The translations under genes were made by a program, and so were the position numbers. A stretch of 64,000 bases of DNA, taken from contig JAOAIH010000004.1 in assembly GCA_026414805.1 (NCBI GenBank), forward strand, positions 15,808-79,807, written 5' to 3'. A model generated the notes under the pieces. That model saw nothing but the letters and a program-made list of their open reading frames with translations. It was not told the origin of the DNA and ran no database searches. This DNA is from Spirochaetota bacterium. GTDB lineage: Bacteria; Spirochaetota; UBA4802; UB4802. Positions 9,934 to 23,300 of the stretch are shown in pieces; position 1 is the stretch's first letter, and every line of letters begins with the position of its first letter.

Positions 9934-10029
9934 ATGCCCTGTGGTAGGAAGCGAAAACGCAGAAAGATTGCTAATCACAAACGGAAAAAACGAAGAAGAC
10001 TTAATCGTCACAAGAAGAAATTACGATAA
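9934..10029 (+). CDS. Tiny arginine/lysine-rich protein (31 aa), candidate ribosomal protein of the bS22 / mS38 (AURKAIP1-like) family
   Basis: ATG at 9934 preceded by AAGGAGAG (9918-9925) with ideal spacing. Translation is MPCGRKRKRRKIANHKRKKRRRLNRHKKKLR, stop TAA at 10027-10029, followed by a rho-independent terminator. The ORF track instead listed an alternative frame (9899..10084) that lacks these signals. Confidence 0.6.
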   Translation: MPCGRKRKRRKIANHKRKKRRRLNRHKKKLR

Positions 10030-10040
10030 TGTAAGTAGAG

Positions 10041-10081
10041 GAGAGATTGGCAGAAAAGGAAGTCAATCTCTTTTCTATTTT
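10041..10081 (+). terminator. Rho-independent terminator after the small basic ORF
   Basis: Stem GAGAGATTG (10041-10049) / CAATCTCTT (10064-10072) with a 14-nt loop, followed by TTTTCTATTTTT. Confidence 0.6.
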
Positions 10082-10102
10082 TAAATACAATAAGGTTGGA
10101 TA

Positions 10103-10831
10103 ATGCGCAGAAGAATTAAAACAAAATCAATTATAATCCCTGAGGCAAAGAAGACCTACTGGAAACGAAGGCCATCAGAAATTAGAGGCTATCAACGGGT
10201 TTTCTACTGCAATACTGAAAACGGTGATTACATCCGTGTGGATTATAATTTAAAAGATAAAAGGGTAAGGCTGTATCTGGAAGATAGCGAAGAAGGCGGA
10301 AATCCTTATTATGCGGTTATAGATAAAGGGCGCATTACTGCTGAACGCAACGCTACTTCAGGGCGACCAGTAAGTTTACGGGAAAAATTTGAAAAGCGTG
10401 CAGAACTCATATCAACCATTCCTAATAAAGATGTAATAAAACTTATCAATAAGCATTATGGAATAGGTGAAAGTGCTGAAGAGATTGCAGCTCGTCAGAA
10501 AAAAAGACAGGAAGAACTTGAAAGAACTCGTAAACGCTACTTCAAACCTGAAGAAGTTCCATCATTTGTTAAAAAAGAAACAATCACAGTATCAAAACGG
10601 AAGGTTAGAATACGTGATATGGTAGATATTGGCATAGGTGGTGTAAGTGTAGGTGGTATATATTTTTTAACTCTTGATTTTGTAAAGGCAGGCATTGCTT
10701 CAGCAGCATTTGGTATACTGCTTGCATTTGTTGATATCTTCATTAGAGAAAAAGAAACACTGTTACTTAAGACGTTGCTGTTTTTGGTTATTGGTATAGC
10801 ATTGTATATTTATGGTTATTTTATTTTATAA
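10103..10831 (+). CDS. Hypothetical membrane protein (basic cytoplasmic N-domain, two C-terminal transmembrane helices)
   Basis: 242-aa ORF with a ribosome-binding site. Hydrophobic C-terminus GIGGVSVGGIYFLTL...LLFLVIGIALYIYGYFIL. No known domain recognised. Confidence 0.5.
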   Translation: MRRRIKTKSIIIPEAKKTYWKRRPSEIRGYQRVFYCNTENGDYIRVDYNLKDKRVRLYLEDSEEGGNPYYAVIDKGRITAERNATSGRPVSLREKFEKRAELISTIPNKDVIKLINKHYGIGESAEEIAARQKKRQEELERTRKRYFKPEEVPSFVKKETITVSKRKVRIRDMVDIGIGGVSVGGIYFLTLDFVKAGIASAAFGILLAFVDIFIREKETLLLKTLLFLVIGIALYIYGYFIL

Positions 10832-10836
10832 TACTG

Positions 10837-11796
10837 TTATCGCCTTCTGATTTCGGAAAGCCAGTCCCACCAGTTGCGTATATAATCCAGTACGGGAGTT
10901 GAAATTTCTGCACTGCCAAAGATATACAACCGTGCCAAAACAGGACCATATCGGAATGTTGCCAGACCAACCAGAAAACCAGCAATAACATCAATGACAT
11001 AGTGATACCGTAAATATACAGTAGAAATTATAAGAAGTAGTGCCCACACTGATGCAATAATACTGAATTTTTTGTGGAATTTGATAGCCAGAAGGACTGT
11101 AAGTATTGAAACTAATGTGTGCCCACTCGGGAAACAATCACGTGTAACCCCTTCTAAGTATGCCAGACCATGGTGGATAAAATTGAATAACAGAAGCCCT
11201 TCAAGTGGTTGTGTCTGAAGATGAGTTAAAGTAAACCGTGGGCCAATGGCCGGGAATATATAATAGCCAATATATGACAAATAAAAACCAAGCATTATGG
11301 TGGATGCAACTATATGGAATTCAACTTTTCTTTCTTTCAGATACAATAGCAGGCAAAATGTAAAAGGCAAAAAATAGAAGCTAGCATATACTATCTGTAA
11401 TAATTCAGTGACAAATGGATGTAGTGCTTTTTCCAGTAATACAGTGGGATGATTTCCAAAAAATAGTGCATAATCAATTTTTATTAAGGTTGTATCAATA
11501 TCATGCGGATTGATAAGTGGTACAAGTTTATTGTGTTCCATAAATATTGCAACAAGCAGTGGCAATATGTACCAGTCTCGGTATATGGCAAATAATGGTG
11601 AAGCGGCATATCGCTGAGCAAATACAGTGGCAACGATAAGCAACATAATTGTAATATTGATGGTAAAAATTACAGGAGCAAATGTTATATGTGAGAAAAT
11701 GATAATTAATAGATTCAGGAATAACGCCATGCCAAACGTCAAAAGCTCTTCAAGGTGAATCCTTGAATCATACTCTGTTAATACCTTCTGCAGCAT
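10837..11796 (-). CDS. PAP2-superfamily integral membrane phosphatase
   Basis: 319 aa, multiple transmembrane helices. PAP2 motifs PSGH (FPSGHTLVSIL) and a SR...H...D-like motif (LRYHYVIDVIAG). Confidence 0.7.
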   Translation of the reverse strand: MLQKVLTEYDSRIHLEELLTFGMALFLNLLIIIFSHITFAPVIFTINITIMLLIVATVFAQRYAASPLFAIYRDWYILPLLVAIFMEHNKLVPLINPHDIDTTLIKIDYALFFGNHPTVLLEKALHPFVTELLQIVYASFYFLPFTFCLLLYLKERKVEFHIVASTIMLGFYLSYIGYYIFPAIGPRFTLTHLQTQPLEGLLLFNFIHHGLAYLEGVTRDCFPSGHTLVSILTVLLAIKFHKKFSIIASVWALLLIISTVYLRYHYVIDVIAGFLVGLATFRYGPVLARLYIFGSAEISTPVLDYIRNWWDWLSEIRRR

Positions 11797-11951
11797 ATCC
11801 GGCCTCTTATCCCAATATATATATGTATAATAGCGTATTCAATATTGTTATAAAATAATATATACAAAATATTTAAAAATGACAATATTTTGCGTTTGTT
11901 ACATGCGTAAAAACAATTATAGTGCTAATTTTAATCATTTGTCAAGAAATA

Positions 11952-12942
11952 TTATATGACAGCAAGAAAAGCTTTATATTCTTCCGCAATGATTTCGGGC
12001 ATTAGCAGAGTAAATGAATCATCATGTAACATTTGGAGATAGTTGATTTCGCTTGTTGCATTTGGTGGAAATGTTACTCGTGGACATATTCGTATGTGTG
12101 GATAAAAGATATTATTATTAGCAATAGAATAGAAGGCCATATTAAAATTATCAATTTTTTTACTGTGTAGATACTGAAGAGTTTTTATCAAATATTCTAT
12201 TACTGTGTAAAGTTTTCCTTTTAATGTGTGTAGTGGTGCAAAGTGGTGGAGTATTCCCAAAATATCAAACTGACCTCTTGGGGCAAAAGCCACTAACCAG
12301 GTACTATCGCCCAAACTTATAATAATCCGTTCATTGAGTTGTTTTTCAAGATTTATGTAATCCCAAAATAGGTTGTTGTTTTTTTCAAGGTTTGACAGTA
12401 TGTCAGTATAGTAATTGGATGGCGTTGATGACGCTATAACCTGAAGATGAGGATGTATTAAAGAGCTTCCTGCAACTGGCATATAATTCCAGTTTATGGA
12501 TTGATAGGGATACTGTGCTGGGTCAATGTCGGATAAAAATAATAATGCACATTCAAATGCATCCTGTAACATTTCAAAACTAAAATTGTTTATAGCTACA
12601 TAGTGCTGGCTTGTTATGGTGACAACGGCGTTATGTTCATCATAGGGAAATGCGTTGGGGAAGCAACGTGCATTGCCATAGGTATACCTGTTCCTTAAGG
12701 GGTGAGGTAAATTTTGGGGTCAGAGCATCAATGAGCCCGGGGCAAAAGGGGCATGTTTTGGCTGATTCTTCTATCATTGTGCTGCGATCTGTGGTTGCAA
12801 ATTCTTTCAATGACATTCCTAATACACGTGTGTTGCGTCCGGTTAAAGGGCAGTAGCGGATTTGGCAGGTACGTTGTGTTTCCTTAAATTGCTGGAACGG
12901 GTCTTTTATGGTTATTGTCTTGGTTTCTTTTTTTAATTGCAT
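11952..12942 (-). pseudogene. galT: Galactose-1-phosphate uridylyltransferase-like (GalT/HIT family) gene split by a frameshift
   Basis: N-terminal part 12640..12942 (RYCPLTG...CPFCPG zinc motif) and C-terminal part 11952..12572 (WNYMPVAGSSLIHPHLQV, the HPH active site) lie in different frames about 67 nt apart. Short C/G homopolymer runs lie at the junction. Either a true pseudogene or a sequencing indel. Confidence 0.6.
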
Positions 12943-13379
12943 CAGTTACCTCCGTAATGGTATTCATAAACCTAAAATTAAGGTGGAGTGTAGTATGTGA
13001 ATACATATAAATGCTATGGCAGCTTTTGCAATTAATTTTTTGAATAATGCTTTTTTATAATAGATGAAACAAAATAAAACGTTTAGCATTATATACAAAT
13101 TTAATATCAAATAGTATATAAAGTTAACTCTTATGGGCACATCAAAAACTGCTTTTGCCTTTAATAATTTAAAATAAAAAAAGCATTTTTTTACTTAATT
13201 TATGTGCCCACAAGCGAACATTCTCGATATTGGTTTTTAGAAGTTCTCTTATTTTGATTGACATGATCCTTCCACACGCTGCATGTTAATACGCAAAAAT
13301 ATTTATTTAAAATCTTAACGGTAAGTCAAGGAAAGTAAATGACCATATAGGTTTTAAAAGAATTAGGGGGACAGATAAC

Positions 13380-14831
13380 ATGAAAAGGTTTATATGTATT
13401 ATAATAGTCATGCTATGTGGTTCGTTAGGTTTTGCTCAAAAAGGAAAAAATCTTCAGTGGATAGTATTGCCACAATTTGAAAATGTAAGAAATTTTTCTG
13501 AAGGTATGGCTGCAGTACAGTTGAATGGCAAATGGGGTTTTATTGATAATGAAGGAAAGGTTATTGTTGAACCGCAATATGATGATGTGGGCGATTTTCA
13601 TGATGGTATGGCTTTTGTTAAGATTGATGATAAATATGGATTTATTGATAAAGAAGGTGTAGTGAAGATCCCACCGCAGTTTACGGGTGTGTTTGATTTT
13701 TCAGAAGGTTTAGCTGCTGTATCTAAGGATAGACGTTATTACGGGTATATCAATAAAGAAGGCAAAGTGATTGTTCCTTTTGAATATGATTTTCCAAATT
13801 ATTGCAGAGAAGGCATGATACCTGTTTGGAAAGGAGTAAAAGCTGGATATGTCAATTCCGAAGGTGTAATGGTTATACCTTTAATTTATACATCAACGTA
13901 TGAATTTTCTGAAGGATTAGCAGCTGTAGTGAAAGATAAAAAGATGGGATATATAAATAAACAAGGCGAATTTGTCATCCCACTCAGGTTTGATCAAGAT
14001 TTGTATTTTGTAGGGGACTTTAAAGAAGGTATGGCGTCAATTTTAAGCAAAAAAGATAAAGGAAACTATAAATATGGTTTTATTAACAAACAGGGCGATA
14101 TTATTGTAGATCCAATATATGAGCATACGTTAAGATTCTCTGAGGGAATGGCAAATGTAAAGAAAAATGACAAATGGGGTTATGTCAACAAACAGGGTAT
14201 TTTAGTTATTGAACCTAAGTTTAAATATTCATCTAATTTTAAAGAGGGATGTGCCCCTGTGACTGAGGATGGAAAAAAAGCAGGATATATTGACTATAAT
14301 GGAAACTGGATAATATCTCCACAATTTGATGAAGCCTATGAGTTTAATGAAGGAATAGCGCGTGTAATCGTAGATGGTAATGTTGGTTATATAGATAAAT
14401 CTGGAAGATATGTTATACAACCAACAATTTACCGTTATGGTGCAAGTGATTTTGTAGAAGGAGCAGCTGCAATTTTTTCTCAGGTTAAAATTGGGAAAGA
14501 ATATAAAAGCGGATGGGGATTTATTAAAAATCCACTCCCATTGGCAAAAAAAGTTAATTCATTAGAAAAAGCGGGGGCTTATGTTGGAAATGTAAAAGAA
14601 GTAAAAAGTGATGAAATCTTAATAGTTGGTAAAGATATTGCTGAAAGAGTGAGAATGTTTGAAAAATTATGTATTTTCAGTGGCGATAAATTAATACTTT
14701 TACGTGCACATTTTCCTATGATGACTACTGCAAAGTGTAAAGTTATATCAGGATCAATTAAGCAAATTACACCGGGGATGAAAGTATATAAGTATCGTGA
14801 AAAAGATAAAGATAATCAAAAAGCTATGTAA
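13380..14831 (+). CDS. Secreted WG-containing-repeat (KWG-type) protein
   Basis: 483 aa. Signal peptide (MKRFICIIIVMLCGSLGFA). About 10 tandem ~30-aa repeats of the form F.EG.A.V..(N/D)GKWG(F/Y)I(D/N)K.G..VI.P. Confidence 0.8.
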   Translation: MKRFICIIIVMLCGSLGFAQKGKNLQWIVLPQFENVRNFSEGMAAVQLNGKWGFIDNEGKVIVEPQYDDVGDFHDGMAFVKIDDKYGFIDKEGVVKIPPQFTGVFDFSEGLAAVSKDRRYYGYINKEGKVIVPFEYDFPNYCREGMIPVWKGVKAGYVNSEGVMVIPLIYTSTYEFSEGLAAVVKDKKMGYINKQGEFVIPLRFDQDLYFVGDFKEGMASILSKKDKGNYKYGFINKQGDIIVDPIYEHTLRFSEGMANVKKNDKWGYVNKQGILVIEPKFKYSSNFKEGCAPVTEDGKKAGYIDYNGNWIISPQFDEAYEFNEGIARVIVDGNVGYIDKSGRYVIQPTIYRYGASDFVEGAAAIFSQVKIGKEYKSGWGFIKNPLPLAKKVNSLEKAGAYVGNVKEVKSDEILIVGKDIAERVRMFEKLCIFSGDKLILLRAHFPMMTTAKCKVISGSIKQITPGMKVYKYREKDKDNQKAM

Positions 14832-14995
14832 TTAATAATTGAATTGGTGCGAGTCATTTTAATCGTAGATATGTTTTAATTATGAAAAAGCAGAAAGATA
14901 TATATAAAAGTGAAATTTAGCTTTTGTAGATGTTACTATTGTTTTTTCATTTTGTTGTTAATGTGGACTGGTAATCATTTACAAAATTATGATGA

Positions 14996-17043
<2,048 letters not shown>

Positions 17044-17044
<1 letters not shown>

Positions 17045-18639
17045 TGAAGATTAATCAACTTTTGGATACAATTTGGCGGCATTATTACTTACTTAGTGTA
17101 CTTCTGTTTTATTTTTCTTTTTTAACACATTTGAATCTATATCTGCCGTTGCTATCAGTGTGTGCGTGGGTTAGCCTAGTGCCGTTACTTACGTATGTGC
17201 GATCCAGACCATTAAAAGACGTATACATAACATCATTTATTACCGGCCTTTTTGGTTTTGGTGTTGTCTATTACTGGATGGGCGATTTTGGTCAGGCGCT
17301 GCCATACGGGAAGGTTGTGATTATTGCACTGATAGTTCCGTGTATTTCGGTTTTCTTTGCTACAAAGATATTTGTTGCTGAATATCTTTCACGTGTTTTT
17401 CCTCACCTTACTGTTATAATATATCCATCCGTGTGGATTGCATTTGATTGGGTACAGACTATTGGAACTATGGCATTCCCATGGAATTTTTGGGGTTACA
17501 CACAATATCCATTTATACATTTCATTCAGATAGCTTCGATTGTTGGTATTTTTGGCATAACATTTATTGTGATTTTTTCAAATATCAGTATTGCCCAGTA
17601 TATAATAGCAAAGATGAATAACAGTAACTATCGCCATGCACTTGTTGCCTGTACTCTTTGCTGCGTCATTGTGGCAGCTTCTACAGTGTATGGCTTTATA
17701 CGGCTTCATGGCCAAAAAGATGGACACAATACGCACCTGCGAGTAGCAATGGTGCAGTCATGCTTTTCGCCATGGGAAAACTGGATTAAAAACAGGTATG
17801 AGTATCTAAATATATTACGAGAGCTAACAAATAAAGCAATGCAACATGATCCTGATCTTGTAGTGTGGTCAGAATCTGCTACGCTTGAAAATATTTCGTA
17901 CAGCTACTTCAATGGCAATTTGAATGATTTTGAAGAAGCAGTGCTTGCTTTGGCAGCTAGTAACCGTGTACCGCTTTTGACTGGCGAGATTGGAGTAATT
18001 GAAGATACAGTGCATCACAGGTATTATCCGCAAAACAGCATGGTGCTTATTAATTCTACAGGGCAGGTTGTTGACACCTATGCCAAAATACATCTGGTGC
18101 CATTTGGCGAGTGGTTCCCGTATGGGGAATTGTTCCCGTTTGTGAATGATATAGTTGATGCGTTTGGTGGCTCAAACTTTGTGCCAGGTGATAGCCCGCG
18201 TATTTTTACCATAGGTTCGTTCAGATGTGCCCCCCTTATATGCTATGAAAATATTTTTCACAAATTATGCCGCAACTATGCAAAGACAGGTATTGACTTT
18301 TACGTAAATATCACAAACCTTTTGTGGACAGAAAACCCCATTGGCCCTATGCAACACTTTTATTTTTCGGTGTTCAGAGCCATTGAAAATGGAATATGGT
18401 TTGTGAGTGCAGGCAACTCTGGATTTACTGCACTGATTGACCCGTATGGCCGCGTGACTTCATGGGTACCTTTAATGAAAAAAACATATTGTGTAGGGGA
18501 CATAGATTTAAGTAAAAACACCAGTACATTATATCGACGTTGTGGTGACAGTATTTTATATATATCATTTGCATTTTTAATTGTGTTATGGGCGATAGTT
18601 ATCGGTAATACATTGATTGCCAAAAAAAGGAAACACTGA
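17044..18639 (+). CDS. lnt: Apolipoprotein N-acyltransferase Lnt
   Basis: 531 aa. N-terminal transmembrane helices plus a CN-hydrolase domain with the catalytic-cysteine context CAPLICYENIF. The ATG overlaps the ligA stop (TAATG), implying translational coupling. Confidence 0.85.
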
Positions 18640-20318
18640 TGCGAATAATCTACTGTACCGATATCCATGGCGCATTTGAACGTGTGCGCGAGCTACTATA
18701 TGAGACGATAGCCGATGTGTATATAATCTCCGGCGATTTGATTGATATACCTTTTTATAATATGGATAGTGCCATTCGCTATTATGAATTGCAGATGTAT
18801 TTTGATACTATGCGAAAGCAGATGGGCCGTGATGATGTTACTGTGGAAGACTTTGTTGATGAATTGCTGGAGATGCCGCATATAACCGAGGACGTTGCGG
18901 AGTTAGGTACTAAGTTTCAGCAATATACAATACGTGCACGCCGTGTAATGCAGCAAAAATATAAAGTGCTAGCTAACATTTTTAGCTTTAAACCTCAAAC
19001 GTATATATTTGCACTGCCTGGCAATTATGACATGGATTTGAAATACACATCGCTTCATGACCGAGACCTTCATATGCACTGGTATCTGGTGGAAGATCAG
19101 GTGATAGCAGGATATGGTGGTGCAGATGTGTTTACCGCGGGGATTCCGCAAAAGTATGTTGTACCTTACAGAGCCGGCATTGGAATTGATGACCGTAAAA
19201 ACGAAATGTATAATTTTTTTAAAGCAGTGCGCCCCACTATAATAGTAACGCATCAGCCTGCACATGGAGTGCTGGACTGGCTTGCCCCGGTTGGCCCAAC
19301 AGGTTCACCGGCATTGAGGACGTATTGTGACAACAACCCTGTTATCCTGTGCTTAACTGGCCATATCCATGGTTCATGGGGAATACAGGAGGTTGAGCAT
19401 ACACTGTATTTAAATCCTTCACCATTTGGTGATATCACCACTGTGCGCCATGATGTGCTAGAAGGGGGTTTCTTCTACCAGATAGAATTAGAGGAAGGTA
19501 AGGTAGTCCAAGTGCTGTACAGAAAAATGTATAATGAGCGTGTGTATGATCTGGCTGAATATGTAAAGAAAGATGGTATGTGGGCTGAAACTATCATTGA
19601 TGAAGGCCGATTCAATGCAAAAAAGAAATTACATAATATTGATATGAATATTCAGCAGTACTCGCACATACCTGAAATTGAACTGTTCAAGGAAATCAAA
19701 AATTTTTTCAGAATGTTCCAGACCGAAGAATCAGAATTACGCGTTGAAAAGCTTGAGGAGATAGTTAAGCGGATTGAGCCAATGATAGAAGATATAGCAA
19801 TGGATGTTGTGGGCTCGGTCAATGTGGGACTGTCGCAGCCAAGTTCGGATATTGATATAGTACTGTATTTGCGATGTGGATTGCAATGTACCGATAATCC
19901 TTTATCATGCAATTGTTGCAAGGATGCAGCAGAAATGATACGAAATGCATTGCAGGATGAATATAAATTTGAAGTACTTGATTGTATTGATTTAAACGAG
20001 GTTGAAAGAAGTATAAAAGAAAAAAATTATGAATCTGAAACATTACAGCGGTTTGTGGCATATCGTTCTATCTGCCGACCAATTAACTACCGCGTCATAG
20101 CACCTTTGGAAGATATGCTTAATCAGGATATTGAGTTCAGAAAAGAGGTGGAGGGGAGCATCAGATCATATTTTAAAATATTTGTCACAACATCACAACA
20201 CATACGTTCGTTTAAAAAATATGAAAACCGGTTGAAAACAATTGGGATACGCCTGCCTGATTCAATCCGCCGAAAAATATTACAGTATCTGCAAAGTGAA
20301 GAAGACAAAGAATTTTAG
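18639..20318 (+). CDS. Fusion protein: N-terminal calcineurin-like metallophosphoesterase plus C-terminal minimal (Pol-beta-type) nucleotidyltransferase domain
   Basis: 559 aa. Phosphoesterase motifs DIHG, GDLID, GNYD, THQ and GHIHG in residues 1-290. Nucleotidyltransferase motif VGSVNVGLSQPSSDIDIVLYL (hG[GS]x9-13Dh[DE]h) near residue 390, plus a cysteine cluster CGLQCTDNPLSCNCC. The ATG overlaps the lnt stop (TGATG). Confidence 0.75.
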   Translation: MRIIYCTDIHGAFERVRELLYETIADVYIISGDLIDIPFYNMDSAIRYYELQMYFDTMRKQMGRDDVTVEDFVDELLEMPHITEDVAELGTKFQQYTIRARRVMQQKYKVLANIFSFKPQTYIFALPGNYDMDLKYTSLHDRDLHMHWYLVEDQVIAGYGGADVFTAGIPQKYVVPYRAGIGIDDRKNEMYNFFKAVRPTIIVTHQPAHGVLDWLAPVGPTGSPALRTYCDNNPVILCLTGHIHGSWGIQEVEHTLYLNPSPFGDITTVRHDVLEGGFFYQIELEEGKVVQVLYRKMYNERVYDLAEYVKKDGMWAETIIDEGRFNAKKKLHNIDMNIQQYSHIPEIELFKEIKNFFRMFQTEESELRVEKLEEIVKRIEPMIEDIAMDVVGSVNVGLSQPSSDIDIVLYLRCGLQCTDNPLSCNCCKDAAEMIRNALQDEYKFEVLDCIDLNEVERSIKEKNYESETLQRFVAYRSICRPINYRVIAPLEDMLNQDIEFRKEVEGSIRSYFKIFVTTSQHIRSFKKYENRLKTIGIRLPDSIRRKILQYLQSEEDKEF

Positions 20319-20326
20319 TTTTTTAG

Positions 20327-23300
20327 TTGTATTTTCCAACCAAAACGATTATAGTAATTTTAGGTTATACTGCTTTTCTTATAATGAAGGTTGTATTCAT
20401 GGATAATCGTAAAAAAACACGTAAGCCGTCTAAAAGTGCAAGAAATCTAAAACAAAAGAAGACATTACCACCTACAAAAAAAATTTCACAAAAAGTGGAT
20501 CGTTTTGACCTTGTGGCAAATGAAGAGCTTACCATATTCAAAGAACTGGTAGAAAACTCATCATACGCTATCGGCATGTCCACGCCTCAGGGGAAGCATT
20601 ATTATCAGAATAAAGCATTTAGTGAGCTTTTTGGAGATATTGGGGATGATCCGCCTTCTACGTTGTATGTTGATAAAAAAATTGGAAGAGAAGTATTCAC
20701 AACAATTATGTCCGGAGGCTCATGGACCGGACAGGTAAAAATGTATGATAGAAATAAAAATATAATAGATGTGTACTTACGTGCTAATGCTATTAAAGAT
20801 GCTGCAGGGAAGGTTATAGGTTTAGTAGGCATCCACGAGGATATAACGACTATTAAATTAATGGAGAAAATTTTAAAAGAAAATGAGGAAAAATTTAGAG
20901 CCATCTTTGAATCAACAACTGATGCTGTGTTTATTATGAAAGATGATGTGTGCATTGATTGTAATCCCGCTACTCTGAAGATGTTCAAATGCTCACGCAA
21001 TGATATTATTGGTGCTTCAGCTCACCAGTTTCACCCGCAATTCCAGCCCAATGGGAAAAAATCAAAAGAATTGGCACTACGCTATATTCAAAAAGCAAAA
21101 AAAGGCATTCCCCAACATTTTGAATGGCAACATTTGAAATTGGATGGCACCCCATTCTATACAGAGGTAAGTCTAAATAGACTGGTCTTTGGCAAAGAAG
21201 TATTCTTGCTGGCAATAGTACGCGATATTACTCATCGTAAGGAAATAGAAACCCGATTGAAGAAGAGTGAACAGTGGTACAAGGCGTTATTTGATACTTC
21301 GCCAGACGTAATTATCATTTACGATTTTAAAGGCAATATTTTTGCTGCAAATCATAGAGCACGTGAATTATACGGTGTTGGGACTATCGGTGAATTGTTA
21401 ACTGAAGTCACAAATATACTGGATTTGCTGGATGAAAACGATAAAAAGAAAGCCATAGCCACTATGGAAAATACTCTTAAAACAGGATATGCAGCAGGGA
21501 ATGTTTATACAATTAAAAATAAAAAAGGCCAAAAGATTCAGGTTGAAGTTCATTCTTCAGTTTTGCCAGATAATGAAGGTAATCCTCAGGCGTTTATAAG
21601 TATTATCAGAGATATTTCTGAGCGTATCAAATCAGAAAAAGAGTTAAAGGATAGGGAATCAAAATACAGAGCATTATTTGAAAATGCTACTGAAACCATC
21701 ATGGTGATACAGGATGGCATGATTAAATTGTTCAATAACCGTGCTTCAGAGCTAAGTGGTTATTCACCAGAAGAATTAGCGTCACGCTCATTTATAGATT
21801 TTATACATCCCGAAGACCGTGAGATGGTATTAAATACGTACCTACAGAGAATACAGGGTAAACAGGCTCCAACACAGTATAATTTTAAGATAATTACAAA
21901 AAATCAGGAAATACGGTGGGTTGAAACACATGTTGTTTTGATTGAATGGGAAGGCAAGCCCGCAACATTAAATTTTCTTACTGATATAACAGAACGTAAA
22001 ATTATTGAAGACCAGATAAAAGAAAATGAAGCAAAATACCGTACACTCTTTAATTGTGCAAATGATGCAATCTTTATAATGGATAAAGAAATATTTATTG
22101 ATTGCAATTATAAAACGCTGGAAATGTTTGGATGCACCAGGGAACAGATTATAGGTACGCCTCCATATCAATTTTCCCCAGAATATCAGCCTGATGGAAG
22201 AAAATCAAAAGAAAAAGCACTGGAGAAGATTCATAAAGCTCTTGAAGGGTATCCTCAGTTTTTTGAATGGCAGCATTGCAGATATGACAAAACCCCTTTT
22301 GAAGCTGAAGTAAGCCTTAACGCCTTTGAGCTTGGTGGCAAACAGTATATTCAGGCGATAGTTCGTGATATAACCGAACGTAAAAAAGCAGAAAATATGC
22401 TCCGAAGAAGTGAAGAACAGTACCGAATGCTGGTGGAAACTGCAAAGGAGGGTATTTGGAAAATTGAAAATGATGTTACTACCTATGTAAATAAAGCAAT
22501 GGCTGATATGATGGGGTATACACAAGAAGAGATGATGGGAAAATCTATTTATGATTTTATGTTTGATGAAGATATCCCAGAATTAAAAGAAAGGTTAAAA
22601 AAACGAGCAAAAGGGATTGATGAGGTATACGAAGGCAGACGGAAAAAGAAAGATGGCAGCCCATTGTGGGCGATAGTTTCAGCAAAAGCAATCATAGATG
22701 AAAAAGGTAATTATGTTGGTTCTTTTGCTCTTTATACTGATATAACTGAAAGAAAAAAAGCCGAAGCTGAAATAGTAAACAAACAGAAGCTACTTGAAGA
22801 TATCATTGCATATACTCCTGATCCCACTCTGGTGATTGATAAAAATGGTATCGTTATAGCTTGCAATAAAGCTATGGAAGAGTTGTTGGGGGTAAATGCC
22901 AGTGAATTGATTGGTAAGGGAAATTATGAATATGCATTACCATTGTATGGGGTGCGCAGGCCAATTTTAATAGATTTAGCTTTGCATTATGATGGTGAAA
23001 TAGCAAAAAAATATACATATGTCAAAAAAGAAAAGGATGTACTGATTGCAGAAACTACCATAGATAACTTCAGAGGCAAAAAAGTATATTTATGGGGCAA
23101 GGCTGCACCACTGTATAATAAAGATGGAAATATAATAGGAGCTATCGAAACTATCCGTGACATAACCGAGCAAAAACAAAATGAACTGGCACTCAAGGAG
23201 AGTGAGCAAAAATTTAGAGAAATATTTGACTCAACTACTGATTCAATTATGATTGATGAAATTACTGAAACAGGTGCCAGAATCATTGATTGTAACCAGC

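Noticed and set aside
9899-10084. 61-aa ORF from the six-frame track
   Set aside because: It overlaps the 31-aa basic ORF (9934..10029), which has the ribosome-binding site and is followed by the terminator. The alternative frame has no ribosome-binding site and runs through the terminator hairpin.
12650-12856. 68-aa plus-strand ORF
   Set aside because: It lies antisense within the frameshift junction of the galT-like gene. Probably an artefact of the disrupted coding region.
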